Origin: an uncultured Atopobium sp.
Lineage (GTDB): Bacteria; Actinomycetota; Coriobacteriia; Coriobacteriales; Atopobiaceae
DNA length: 33,247 bases
Direction of reading: 5' to 3'
Assembly (NCBI GenBank): GCA_964621975.1
Contig: CAZUOD010000001.1
Coordinates: 1 to 33,247 of the forward strand
This document shows, in pieces, positions 1-9,111 of this stretch; positions within the stretch are counted from its first letter, which is position 1, and every line of letters starts with the position of its first letter. The translations under genes were made by a program, and so were the position numbers. Under the pieces are notes generated by a model. The model did not search any database. It was not told the DNA's origin and worked only from the letters and a program-made list of their open reading frames with translations.

Positions 1-247
1 CGATGTTGTCGATGTCGTTGGTGCGCAGGCACTTCTGGCAGGAGCAGGCGCCGATGTCTGCCATGGTCCGCTTGCCCTGGTAGTACTCCTTGAACTGGTT
101 CATGCCCGCGTTGGTGAGCAGAAGCGACGGGTCATCCGGGACGAGCGAGGAGGACGGGTAGAGCCGACAGCCCTTGCCCTCGAAGAAGCGGAGGAAGTCC
201 TCGCGAATCTCTGCGGTGGTCATGGTCTTGTAGTCGGACGAGCTCAT
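1..247 (-). CDS. alaS: Alanine--tRNA ligase, N-terminal part (truncated by window edge)
   Basis: Manual translation from ATG at 247: MSSSDYKTMTTAEIREDFLRFFEGKGCRLYPSSSLVPDDPSLLLTNAGMNQFKEYY...CQKCLRTNDIDNI, the characteristic AlaRS N-terminus; G-rich RBS upstream. Confidence 0.95.
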   Translation of the reverse strand, partial: MSSSDYKTMTTAEIREDFLRFFEGKGCRLYPSSSLVPDDPSLLLTNAGMNQFKEYYQGKRTMADIGACSCQKCLRTNDIDNI

Positions 248-284
248 TGGTCCCCCTGCACTTGGGTCCTTCCCTAACCGGTTG

Positions 285-293
285 ATTCTATCA
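285..293 (-). promoter_or_regulatory. Putative extended -10 promoter element (TGA-TAGAAT) for alaS
   Basis: Minus strand reads tgaTAGAAT about 40 nt upstream of the alaS start. Confidence 0.5.
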
Positions 294-344
294 CGCGTGG
301 CCGCGCGCGCCGTCGGCGTCAGATGGCGTGGCCATGGGAGCCCT

Positions 345-1181
345 CTAGCGCATGAGCCCCTCAGGGTCGATCTTGTCCTGGATGCGGCGCAGGGTCCGGC
401 GCAGCAGCCGCGAGACCTGCACCTGCGAGACGCCCAGGCGCTCGGCGATCTCCACCTGCGTGAGCCCCTCGACGAAGCGCATGCGGATGACGTCGCGCTC
501 GCGCGGCGAGAAGTCCTGGATGGCCTCCTCGAGGACGATGCGGTCGTCGGAGGCGGCGAGCTCGGCGTCCTCCGTCGCGTAGTGGTCGATGACGGAGGGG
601 GCCTCGTCGTCGTCCGCGGAGGAGCCGCCCCCCTCGAGCGGCACCGAGCTGTAGGCGCTCGAGGACTCCATGGCCTCGAGCACGTCATCGACGCTCGTGC
701 CGAGGCGCTCGGCGATCTCCGCGACCGAGGGGCTCCTCTGCAGGGAGTTGGTGAGCTCGTCGGTGGCCTGGTTGACCTTGGCCGAGAGCTCCTGGAGGCG
801 CCGCGGCACGCGCACCGACCAGCCCTTGTCGCGGAAGTGGCGCTTGATCTCGCCCATGATGGTGGGCGTGGCGTAGGTGGTGAACTCCAGCCCGCGCTCC
901 GGGTCGAAGCGGTCGATCGCCTTGATGAGGCCGATCGTGCCCACCTGGACGAGGTCGTCGAGCGACTCCCCGCGGTTCTTGAACTTGGACGCCAGGAAGC
1001 GCACGAGGTTGAGGTGGCTCACGATGAGCTGCTCGCGCGCCTCGGTGTCGTCCTCCTCCTTGTAGCGGCGGAAGAGCTCGCGCGTGCGCTCCTTGTCCCA
1101 GGCCGCGCGACCCTCGGGGACGCGCCGCGAGAGGACGCGTGCCGGGGCGCGGCCCTGCCGACGGTCCCTAGTCGTCGTCAT
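345..1181 (-). CDS. RNA polymerase sigma factor, SigB/SigF/SigG family
   Basis: Region 2 motifs LVRFLASKF..DDLVQVGTIGLIKAIDRFDPERGLEFTTYATPTIMGEIKRHFRD and region 4 HTH LTQVEIAERLGVSQVQVSRL; start at ATG 1181 overlapping the anti-sigma 3' end. Confidence 0.93.
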   Translation of the reverse strand: MTTTRDRRQGRAPARVLSRRVPEGRAAWDKERTRELFRRYKEEDDTEAREQLIVSHLNLVRFLASKFKNRGESLDDLVQVGTIGLIKAIDRFDPERGLEFTTYATPTIMGEIKRHFRDKGWSVRVPRRLQELSAKVNQATDELTNSLQRSPSVAEIAERLGTSVDDVLEAMESSSAYSSVPLEGGGSSADDDEAPSVIDHYATEDAELAASDDRIVLEEAIQDFSPRERDVIRMRFVEGLTQVEIAERLGVSQVQVSRLLRRTLRRIQDKIDPEGLMR

Positions 1182-1539
1182 GGGCCTCTCCCGCCCGCTT
1201 GAGGAGGTGCAGCACGCGCCCGTCATCCGAGAGGGAGAACTCGTCGCACACGGCCGAGAGGAGCACCCTGACGAGCTCCACGGAGTCGTCGGCCGGCTCC
1301 GCGGCGCCCAGGGCGAAGTCCATCGCCATCGAGCCCTCCGACAGCGAGAAGGACACCTCCACGGCAGCGGGCTCCGTGGCGCAGGAGTAGACGAAGCCCT
1401 CCTCGGCGATCATGCGGACGTCCTCGACGTCCTCGACGCTCATCTCGCAGCCGACGGCGAGGGCGGAGGCCATCATGCGCACCGAGCGCGCGAAGGCCGC
1501 CTCGGCGGGGACGCACAGCTGCACGTTCTTCTCGTCCAT
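1168..1539 (-). CDS. RsbW/SpoIIAB-like anti-sigma factor (degenerate HATPase_c-like fold)
   Basis: N-terminus VQLCVPAEAAFARSVRMMASALA..SVEDVEDVRMIAEE resembles RsbW; directly upstream of and overlapping the sigma gene. Confidence 0.75.
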   Translation of the reverse strand: MDEKNVQLCVPAEAAFARSVRMMASALAVGCEMSVEDVEDVRMIAEEGFVYSCATEPAAVEVSFSLSEGSMAMDFALGAAEPADDSVELVRVLLSAVCDEFSLSDDGRVLHLLKRAGEAHDDD

Positions 1540-1547
1540 CGTCTCTC

Positions 1548-2093
1548 CTACTCGGACGCTGCTTCTTGGGCCTGGCCGTCCCCGGCGGGCGGGGGGCAGA
1601 CCTCACCGTAGTCGACGTAGCGCTCGGGCGCGCGGTCCTCGCGCTCGGGGGTCTCGTCCTCGCCCTGCTCGAGACGGGCCGGCGCGACGTCGGCCGCGGC
1701 GGACCCCGTGATGCGCGAGACCACGCCCGCCACCCCGGACACGGCGCCCTGCGCCGCGCGGCTGACGGCCCCGGTGACGCTCGAGGCGGTGCTCGAGACC
1801 GAGGAGACGTCCTCGAGGATGGCGTTCACGTGACCGAGCGCGGCGTCGGCCGAGTCGAGCGTGGCGTCGATCCTGCCCACGGTCGCCCCGAGCCCCTTGG
1901 CCGTGGGCTCGAGCTCGTCGACGATGCCGTCGAGCTTGGCCACGACGGGCTGTGCCTGCTGGATGACCTCGTTCGCCGAGGACGCGAGCTCCTCGACCTC
2001 CCTGCGCGCGCGGCGCAACGTGACGGCCAGCTCCGCGACGGCCCACACGGCCACCACCGCGAGCACGACGAGCACGATCTCAAGGACGCTCAT
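1548..2093 (-). CDS. DUF948/YoxC-like membrane-anchored coiled-coil protein
   Basis: N-terminal hydrophobic helix followed by a heptad-rich helical region; GAAGGAG RBS before ATG 2093. Confidence 0.65.
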   Translation of the reverse strand: MSVLEIVLVVLAVVAVWAVAELAVTLRRARREVEELASSANEVIQQAQPVVAKLDGIVDELEPTAKGLGATVGRIDATLDSADAALGHVNAILEDVSSVSSTASSVTGAVSRAAQGAVSGVAGVVSRITGSAAADVAPARLEQGEDETPEREDRAPERYVDYGEVCPPPAGDGQAQEAASE

Positions 2094-2146
2094 GGTCACT
2101 CCTTCGACGCGAGGCGATGGGCGCCGGGGCGCCCTGATTGCCTATT

Positions 2147-3493
2147 TTACCTAACCGAGCCGGTCCCGGGACGGCTCGCCTCGACGCGCTCGCGGGCCGC
2201 GGCCTCCTCGCGCCACGCCTCCCAGCCGCGCGGGCCGGGACGGTAGAAGCAGCCGCGCTCGAGCCCCTCGGGCAGGTAGCGCTGGTCCACCCAGCCCTCG
2301 GGGTAGTTGTGCGGGTAGAGATAGGGGCCGTACTCGTCGGAGCCGGGGCGGTGCCGGTCCCGCAGGTGGCTCGGCACCTCGCGGCGCGGGCCCGAGCGCA
2401 CCTCCTCCAGGGCGGCGTCTATGCCGGCCTCGGCGGCGTTCGACTTGGGCGCGAGGGCCACGTAGGTGGCCGCCTGGGCGAGGTTGATCCGGCACTCCGG
2501 CATGCCGATGGCCTCGGTCGCGAAGAAGGCGGCGTGCGCCACGAGGAGCGCCTCGGGGTCGGCGTTGCCCACGTCCTCGGAGGCGCAGATCATGATGCGC
2601 CTGGCTATGAACTTGGGGTCCTCCCCGGCGTCGAGCATGCGGGCGAGCCAGTAGAGCACGGCGTCCGGGTCGCTGCCGCGCATGGACTTGATGAAGGCCG
2701 AGATGACGTCGTAGTGCATGTCGCCGGCCCTGTCGTAGGGAAGCCCGCGGCGCGGGTTGGCCTCGTCGACGTGCCCCGGCAAGATCTGCAGGGGCCCGGC
2801 GGCGCCCTCGGGCGGCGCGTCCACCATCTGGCTCGCGAGCTCGAGCGAGGTGAGCGCCGCGCGCCCGTCCCCACCCGCGAGCCTCACGATCTCGTCGGTG
2901 GCCTCGTCGGTGAGCTCGAAGGCGCCCGCGAGGCCCTCGTCGGAGGCGATGGCGCGGCGCAGGAGCTCGCGGACGGAGGCGTCGTCGAGCGGCTCGAGCT
3001 CAACCACGCGGCTCCTGCTCAGGAGCGCCGAGTTCACCTCGAAGTAGGGGTTCTCGGTCGTGGCGCCCACGAGCACCACGATGCGGTCCTCCACCGCGTG
3101 CAGCAGGGCGTCCTGCTGGGAGCGGTTGAAGCGATGGATCTCGTCCACGAACAGGATGGTGCGCCTGCCGGACGCGAGCAGCCTGCCCTCGGCCGCGTCG
3201 ATCTCGCGGCGCAGGTCCTTGACCGTGCCCGTGACGGCCGAGACCTCCACGAACTCGGCGTGGGTGGAGCTGGCGATGATGCGCGCGAGCGTGGTCTTGC
3301 CGGTGCCCGCCGGCCCATAGAGGATGACCGAGGAGAGCGTGTCATGCTCGATGGCGCGCCTGAGCCAGCTGCCGGGCCCGACGGCGCGCGCCTGGCCGAC
3401 GAAGCCCTCGAGCGTGGTGGGGCGCATGCGCGCCGCGAGCGGCGCGTTCTGGTTCCTGCGCGCGGTCTCGACGCGCGTGAACAAGGTATCCAT
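2147..3493 (-). CDS. rarA: Replication-associated recombination protein A (AAA+ ATPase, MgsA/RarA)
   Basis: PLAARMRP, Walker A GPAGTGKTT, Walker B LFVDEIHRFN, GATTENP, HYDVISAFIKSMRGSDPDA, YLYPHNYP. Confidence 0.95.
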   Translation of the reverse strand: MDTLFTRVETARRNQNAPLAARMRPTTLEGFVGQARAVGPGSWLRRAIEHDTLSSVILYGPAGTGKTTLARIIASSTHAEFVEVSAVTGTVKDLRREIDAAEGRLLASGRRTILFVDEIHRFNRSQQDALLHAVEDRIVVLVGATTENPYFEVNSALLSRSRVVELEPLDDASVRELLRRAIASDEGLAGAFELTDEATDEIVRLAGGDGRAALTSLELASQMVDAPPEGAAGPLQILPGHVDEANPRRGLPYDRAGDMHYDVISAFIKSMRGSDPDAVLYWLARMLDAGEDPKFIARRIMICASEDVGNADPEALLVAHAAFFATEAIGMPECRINLAQAATYVALAPKSNAAEAGIDAALEEVRSGPRREVPSHLRDRHRPGSDEYGPYLYPHNYPEGWVDQRYLPEGLERGCFYRPGPRGWEAWREEAAARERVEASRPGTGSVR

Positions 3494-3500
3494 GGGAACG

Positions 3501-3506
3501 ATTGTA
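3501..3506 (-). promoter_or_regulatory. Putative -10 element (TACAAT) 7 nt before the rarA ATG
   Basis: Minus strand ggcgTACAATcgttcccATG; no Shine-Dalgarno sequence in between. Confidence 0.55.
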
Positions 3507-3551
3507 CGCCACCCGCCGCTCGCGCGCCCGCGGCACGCGGCGGGCCCCACC

Positions 3552-4799
3552 CTACGGGCGCACGGCAGCCGAGAAGTACCCGCGCCGGGGGAAGAGGCCC
3601 TGCGCCTCGGGGAAGAGCGCCTCGCAGGTGGCGATGAAGTACTCGTCGGTCATCGAGGAGATGAAGTCGACCACGGTCTGCTCGGGGGTCGACTCCCAGT
3701 CGTAGGAGCGGCCGTAGTGGGCCAGGCGCCGCTCGCAGGGGCGGATGTGGTGCGCGAAGATCGCGGCGGACTCGTCGCCGGCCGCAAGCGCCGCGAGCTC
3801 GTGGTCGAAGAGCAGCTCGAAGAGCTCGCCCACCTCGCGCGAGAAGTCCCCGTTGACCTCGCCGGCACCGTAGATCTTCTCGTAGTTCTCGCGCTTGGCG
3901 CGGGCCATCTCCCGGAAGCCCTCCTCGCTCATCTCGATGTGGTCCCTGCCGACGCTGGCCTCGATGACGTCGGTGACGAGGGCCGAGAGCGCCCAGGCGT
4001 TGTAGGCCCCGCCCAGGCCGTCGTCGAAGCTCCGCTCGTCGCAGATGCCCGCGCGGATGGCGTCCTGGCGGTCCTTGCCCACGTAGGCGATGATGTCCGA
4101 GACCCGCACCACACAGCCCTCGAGGGTCATCGGGCGCAGCGCCCCGATGGCGCGCTCGCCGTCCCTCCAGCACGACTCCACCACACGGTCGAAGGTGTCG
4201 AACTCGGCCAGGCCGCTCGTCTCAAAGACCTGCTGCTCGAACTCGCCGTTGTGGCAGAGCACCCCGTCGAGCGTCTGCAGGCTCACGTTCCTGCCCGAGA
4301 GCGCGTCCACCACGCGCACGCTCTGCACGTTATGGAAGAAGCGCCGCCCCGTCCGCTCGCGGAGCACCCGGTCCAGGAAGTGCTCGCCGGCGTGGCCGAA
4401 GGGCGTGTGGCCGATGTCGTGGCCCAGCGCGATGGCCTCTATGAGGTCCAGGTTGAGCCCGAGGGCCCGGCCGATGTCGCGCGCCACGCGCGCCACGAGC
4501 TGCACGTGCAGGCCGCGGCGGCAGAGGTCGTCGTCGGAGCGGAACGAGAACACCTGGGTCTTGCCGGCGAGCCGGTTGTAGGCGGGCAGGTGGACGATCT
4601 TCTCGGCGTCGCGCACGAAGGCGGGGCGCACGCGCGTGTCGCGGTCGCGCTCGCAGGCGTCACGGCGGATGGCCGAGGCGTCATGGCAGGCGAAGGGCGA
4701 CAGCTCGCCCGACGCGAGGGTCTGCCCCACGCGGCGCTCGGCCTCCGCGGAGAGCGCGCCCGTGAGGCCCGGGGCGAGCCTGTTGTTCCCGGCGTCCAT
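3552..4799 (-). CDS. HD-domain dNTP triphosphohydrolase (dGTPase-like)
   Basis: RD..KIVH..AYNRLAGKTQVF, ALGHDIGHTPFGHAGE, HNVQS, EGCVVRVSDIIAY, DFISSMTDEY. Confidence 0.88.
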   Translation of the reverse strand: MDAGNNRLAPGLTGALSAEAERRVGQTLASGELSPFACHDASAIRRDACERDRDTRVRPAFVRDAEKIVHLPAYNRLAGKTQVFSFRSDDDLCRRGLHVQLVARVARDIGRALGLNLDLIEAIALGHDIGHTPFGHAGEHFLDRVLRERTGRRFFHNVQSVRVVDALSGRNVSLQTLDGVLCHNGEFEQQVFETSGLAEFDTFDRVVESCWRDGERAIGALRPMTLEGCVVRVSDIIAYVGKDRQDAIRAGICDERSFDDGLGGAYNAWALSALVTDVIEASVGRDHIEMSEEGFREMARAKRENYEKIYGAGEVNGDFSREVGELFELLFDHELAALAAGDESAAIFAHHIRPCERRLAHYGRSYDWESTPEQTVVDFISSMTDEYFIATCEALFPEAQGLFPRRGYFSAAVRP

Positions 4800-4814
4800 C
4801 GCTTCCCCCAGAGG

Positions 4815-6182
4815 CTAGTCGCGCACCACGAGACAGCCCATGTCGAGGCGATGCCCCCACTCGCCCATCACGCTCGCGTGCCCGCAGCGCGCGTACACGC
4901 CGCCGAACCGGCCGCGGAAGAGGAACAGGCCGAGCAGGGTGCTCGCCTCGAAGGGCTCGTCGGACCCGCTGCCCGCGATGACGGTCGAGCGCCACGCGGG
5001 CTCGAGCCGCTCGACCACGCCGCCCTCCTCGCAGCAGGCGAGCAGCACCCGCCACCACTCGTCGCGGTCCATGCGGTCGACGCCGGCCACGGCCTCGACG
5101 GCGCGGTAGGGCCCGGCCGGCCGGACGAGCCAGCCGTCCTGCTCGGCGAGGTAGCGCGAGACGTCCGAGCCGCGCGACAGGACGTGGGCCTCGGGCACGT
5201 GGGCCTGCACGAAGGCGAGCTCCTGGGCATCGAGGACGTCTGCCATGGCATCCGAGCGGAGCACGGGGAAGAGGGCGTTGGTGGCCACCGGCCAGGTGCG
5301 GAAGCCCCCGACGACGCAGGCGAGCCCCCGGCGGGCCGCCTCCACGAGCGCGTCGACGCCGGCACAGGGCTTCTCGAGCATCTCGCTCAGCAGGGCGCGG
5401 CGGTAGACGCAGGCGATTGGCCCCTCGGAGTCCACGAGGCGACGCGTGCCGGCGGCCTCCTCGATGCGCAGGTCGCGAACGTCCACGAAGCGCGCGAAGA
5501 CGCCCTCGTCGGCGAGGCGCTCGATGACGTCGGAGAGCTCCCCGAAGGTGGCGCTCTCGGCGTAGTCGACGATGGCCACGGACGGGCGCTCGGGGTTGTG
5601 GGTGCCGGCGTCGGCGTTGGCCCAGGAGGCGTAGGTCTCGCGCAGGGCCGACACCACGCCGTCGGTGATGTCGAGGGCCTCGATGCCCGCGTGGCGCTCG
5701 GCGAAGCGCCGGTAGGTCTCGGAGAGCTGGACGGCGCGCGTGACGTCGACCGAGGCCGTCATGCCGGCGGCGCCGTCGGTGGCGACGCCGCAGAGCCTGA
5801 GGTCGCCGGTCTGCTGGTCGAAGAGCACGTCGATCCTCGCGAAGGGGATGAGCTGCTCGTAGCCCGTGGGCATGAGCGTGAGCGCCTCGACCTCGGGCGG
5901 GAGCCCGAAGAGCTCGCGCAGCGCCGGGTCGGTGAGGTAGCGCGCGGTCACCTTCTCCAGGATGCGCCCCATCGTCTCGGCGGCGTCGCGCAGGATGCCG
6001 ACCTCCGCGGACCCGAGGATCTTGGGCGTGAAGGCCCAGGTGGAGGAGCCGTCACGGTTGGTGAGCTGATGTGAGGAGGCCAGGTATGACTCCCCTAGCG
6101 CCCTGCCCTCCCGGTCCCCGCCGAGCTCGCGGGCGATCTCGCAAAACTCGGCCTCAAGGACGCGGCTGCGAAGGTTGGCCAT
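4815..6182 (-). CDS. Glutathionylspermidine-synthase / circularly permuted ATP-grasp-like protein, catalytic motifs degenerate
   Basis: ARIDV, VAIVDY, VYRRAL, GLFLFRGRFGGVYAR resemble this family; GGAGAG RBS before ATG 6182. Confidence 0.6.
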   Translation of the reverse strand: MANLRSRVLEAEFCEIARELGGDREGRALGESYLASSHQLTNRDGSSTWAFTPKILGSAEVGILRDAAETMGRILEKVTARYLTDPALRELFGLPPEVEALTLMPTGYEQLIPFARIDVLFDQQTGDLRLCGVATDGAAGMTASVDVTRAVQLSETYRRFAERHAGIEALDITDGVVSALRETYASWANADAGTHNPERPSVAIVDYAESATFGELSDVIERLADEGVFARFVDVRDLRIEEAAGTRRLVDSEGPIACVYRRALLSEMLEKPCAGVDALVEAARRGLACVVGGFRTWPVATNALFPVLRSDAMADVLDAQELAFVQAHVPEAHVLSRGSDVSRYLAEQDGWLVRPAGPYRAVEAVAGVDRMDRDEWWRVLLACCEEGGVVERLEPAWRSTVIAGSGSDEPFEASTLLGLFLFRGRFGGVYARCGHASVMGEWGHRLDMGCLVVRD

Positions 6183-6246
6183 GATCTCTCCAGTTCTGTC
6201 AACAGTGGGCCCGACGAGCGTCAGATGTCGTCGGCGCGCGGTGCGC

Positions 6247-6275
6247 ATTGTAGGTGTTGGCGGCAGCGCGCGCAA
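6247..6275 (-). promoter_or_regulatory. Putative sigma70-type promoter TTGCGC-N17-TACAAT
   Basis: Minus strand TTGCGC (6270-6275), 17-nt spacer, TACAAT (6247-6252), upstream of ATG 6182. Confidence 0.55.
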
Positions 6276-6344
6276 ATGGGGACGGGCGTCAGGGGCGGCC
6301 TGCGGGCCCGTGACGAAGCGAGGCCGCACGGCCGCGGCCGGCGC

Positions 6345-8165
6345 TCACGACACGAACCACATCCGGTCGGCCGCGAGCACCGTGAAGCCCATCGAGCGCT
6401 CCAGGGCGAGCGAGGCCTCGTTGCCCGGCCAGACCTCGGCCCACGGCGTGTGCCCCTCGTCGAGCTCGCGGGCGAGCTTCTCCCGCACGAGCGCCGTGCC
6501 CCAGCCCTGGCGCCTGTGCCCCTCGAAGACCTCGAGCATGCCCATCGAGCCCTCGGGGTGCTCGCCGACAAACCCCACGAGCCGCCCGTGCTCGAAGGCG
6601 CCGATGAGGCGCCCTGCCGCGAGCGCCTCCTCGAGCTGGCCCGGGGCGAGGTACTCGGGGTGGCTGTAGTGTTCGCGGACGGCACTCGCGTAGGCGGGCG
6701 TGAGGACGCGAAGGTCAGCCGGCCGACCCTGCTCGGGAAGCCCCCGCTCGGGGCGCCCCTGGCGCCAGACGACGAGGTGGCACCCCTTGGCATGCCCGCC
6801 CGAGGCGCGCTCGACCTCGCGGGCCATCCTGCGGGTGCCCAGAAAGCAGGTCACGCCGGGCGCCCCCAGGCACGAGAGCGCGCGGCGCAGCTGCTGGCGG
6901 CTCGTGGCCCAGATCATCCTGAGGCCGTGGGGCACCTCCAGGACCACCGCCCCGCGCTCGGCGAGGAGCACCTCGCCGATGCCGCGGCGCAGCGCCTCCG
7001 CGAGCGGGAAGGCCACCTCGCCGCCGTGGGCGGCGAGCTCGAGCGCGCGGGCGCGGCGCACGTCGGGCGCGTCGGCGGTGGCGTCGACCGCGAACGAGAG
7101 CCGCTCGAAGAGGAGCGCCTGCCCGGCGGGCCCGGGATGGTCGGCACCGTCGGCGCAGAGCTCGCCGAGGCGCCCGGCGTCGAGCAGGGCCGCGCCGTTG
7201 ACGAGGCGCATGCTCGGGTGGCGCGCCGCCGCGGCCGTCACGAGGGCGGGCACCTCGGCGAAGCAGCTGCCCCGGTGCGTGGGGTAGAGCGCCTCCGACG
7301 CCGGCAGCGGCGTGAGCACCCACGTGGGCACCTCCGGCCAGGCGGCAGCCACCTCGTCGAGATAGGCGCGCACCTCCCGGCCCACGCGATGGGCCTGGCA
7401 GGGCTCGTATCGGTAGTTGGCGCCGAACTCCACGACGATCGCCGCGACGTCCTGCGCGCCGGCCAGCCCCGCGAGCGAGCCGGGCTGGAAGACCTGACCT
7501 CCCACCCCCTGGTTGAGCAGGTCGAGCCCGAGGTGCTCGGAGAGCAGCGCCGCCCAGCAGCGGGCCGGGTCGCGCGCCACGAAGCCCTGGGCGATGGAGT
7601 CCCCGAGCACGAGCAGCGTCGGGCGCGCGGGCACGGGCCTGAGGTAGGTGCCGTCGCAGCGCACGTCGCGCACGGCGCACGGCGAGAGGCACGGCAGCCA
7701 GACGCGCACGCGGTGCGGCTCGCCCAGCCCCGGCAGCGGCAGGCGCGCGGCCCCGGGGGTGTGGGCGCCATCGTCGAGCCTGAGGGAGACCACGCCGCTC
7801 CCGTCCGGCTCGAGCGGCGCGAGGTGGCGCTCGTCCACGTCGGCCGAGACGCAGTCGAGAGGACCCTGCCCTGCCCCCTCGTGGCGGACCACGTCCTCGA
7901 GGACGGCACGTGCGCCGCGCGGGGGCTCGTCGGGGCGCACCTCGACCTCGACGCGCGTGGCGTCCGTCTCGAACCACAGGGAGACGCCGGCCGTGCATGC
8001 GGCGAGCTGGCGGTAGAGCCCCGGGTGCCACGCGCGGCAGCTCCCGAGCGCGCGCAGCTGCTCCGGGCAGAAGCGCTGTGGTCGGACCCAGCCGTCGTCG
8101 TCGGCCTCGCATCCGAGCGCCCCGTGGACGAGCTCCGCGGCGGGCACCACCGTGTCGAGACCCAT
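6345..8165 (-). CDS. SGNH/GDSL hydrolase fused to C-terminal GNAT acetyltransferase
   Basis: SGNH blocks GDSIAQG, NQGVGG, FGAN, DGADHP; GNAT motif A V..GHRRQGWG and NEASLALERSMGF at the C-terminus. Confidence 0.8.
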   Translation of the reverse strand: MGLDTVVPAAELVHGALGCEADDDGWVRPQRFCPEQLRALGSCRAWHPGLYRQLAACTAGVSLWFETDATRVEVEVRPDEPPRGARAVLEDVVRHEGAGQGPLDCVSADVDERHLAPLEPDGSGVVSLRLDDGAHTPGAARLPLPGLGEPHRVRVWLPCLSPCAVRDVRCDGTYLRPVPARPTLLVLGDSIAQGFVARDPARCWAALLSEHLGLDLLNQGVGGQVFQPGSLAGLAGAQDVAAIVVEFGANYRYEPCQAHRVGREVRAYLDEVAAAWPEVPTWVLTPLPASEALYPTHRGSCFAEVPALVTAAAARHPSMRLVNGAALLDAGRLGELCADGADHPGPAGQALLFERLSFAVDATADAPDVRRARALELAAHGGEVAFPLAEALRRGIGEVLLAERGAVVLEVPHGLRMIWATSRQQLRRALSCLGAPGVTCFLGTRRMAREVERASGGHAKGCHLVVWRQGRPERGLPEQGRPADLRVLTPAYASAVREHYSHPEYLAPGQLEEALAAGRLIGAFEHGRLVGFVGEHPEGSMGMLEVFEGHRRQGWGTALVREKLARELDEGHTPWAEVWPGNEASLALERSMGFTVLAADRMWFVS

Positions 8166-8228
8166 GCGTCCCCCTTCTCGCCCCCCCTTGGGGCCGTGTC
8201 AGCACCGGCGCGCCGGGGCGCGCGGGCG

Positions 8229-9002
8229 CTACTCCCCCTCGCGCACGGGCTCGTAGAGCTCCTCGCCGTCGTCGAGGCGCAGCACGAGCACCTGCCCGAA
8301 GCCCGCCCCGCCGGCCGCGCCGCAGTCGATGTCCCAGCGGTCGGTGCCCACGCGCACCATCCGGGCGAGCCCGTCGGGGCCCATGGGCGCCCGGTCGAGG
8401 CCGCGGGCCATGCGGTCGAGGTAGGGCGTCGGGGTGTGGCCCGCCACCACCACGGGGCCGGTGCCGTCATCGCCGGAGAGCCCCCGCTCAGCGCCCCAGA
8501 ACCTCTCGCGGATCCACGTGACGTCCTCAGGGTCCTGCGCGGCGAGGTAGGCCTCGGCCGAGGCGACGTCCCAGGTGTCCGGCACGGGGGCATCGAGGCG
8601 CACGCCGGCGTGCACGAGCAGGTAGAGCCTGCCGCCGACCTCGGCGCAGGCCCAGCGCGGCAGCGCGCGCACCCAGCCCACGAGCTCCGCGGCCTCGTCG
8701 CGCCCGAGGGCGGCAAGCCCGTCCGAGGTGGCCCCGCCGCCGTTGAGCCCCCAGTTCATGGCCGCGAGGGCGTCGTCGGGGCTGTCCAGGCACGAGACCA
8801 TGAGGTCCTCGTGGTTTCCCATGAGGACGTGCGCGTTGGGCAGCGACCGCACGAGGGTGAGCACGCCCACCGGGTCGGGGCCCCGGTCGATCATGTCACC
8901 CAGGCAGAAGATGTGGTCATCGGCCGAGGGGGAGACGCGCCCGAGCGCGCGCTCGAGGGTGGCCCTGTGGCCGTGCACGTCCGAGAAGACGTAAGTGGAC
9001 AT
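8229..9002 (-). CDS. Calcineurin-like metallophosphoesterase (PPP-family Ser/Thr phosphatase-like)
   Basis: SDVHG, LGDMIDRGP, MGNHE, LVHAG, GHTP, DIDCG motifs; AAGGAGGT RBS before ATG 9002. Confidence 0.88.
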   Translation of the reverse strand: MSTYVFSDVHGHRATLERALGRVSPSADDHIFCLGDMIDRGPDPVGVLTLVRSLPNAHVLMGNHEDLMVSCLDSPDDALAAMNWGLNGGGATSDGLAALGRDEAAELVGWVRALPRWACAEVGGRLYLLVHAGVRLDAPVPDTWDVASAEAYLAAQDPEDVTWIRERFWGAERGLSGDDGTGPVVVAGHTPTPYLDRMARGLDRAPMGPDGLARMVRVGTDRWDIDCGAAGGAGFGQVLVLRLDDGEELYEPVREGE

Positions 9003-9111
9003 GGGACCCTTGACCTCCTTCGTCGCGGTGCGCAGACCCTTCCCCACCGGATACCCTACCACCGGGACGCGCGTGCGGGCCCCGGGGCGCGGCCGAGCGG
9101 TCGCATGGGCC

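Noticed and set aside
9051-9059. GGGTAT as a SigB-type -10 upstream of the phosphoesterase
   Set aside because: No GTTT-like -35 at the expected distance; it fits a housekeeping TAGGGT -10 equally well.
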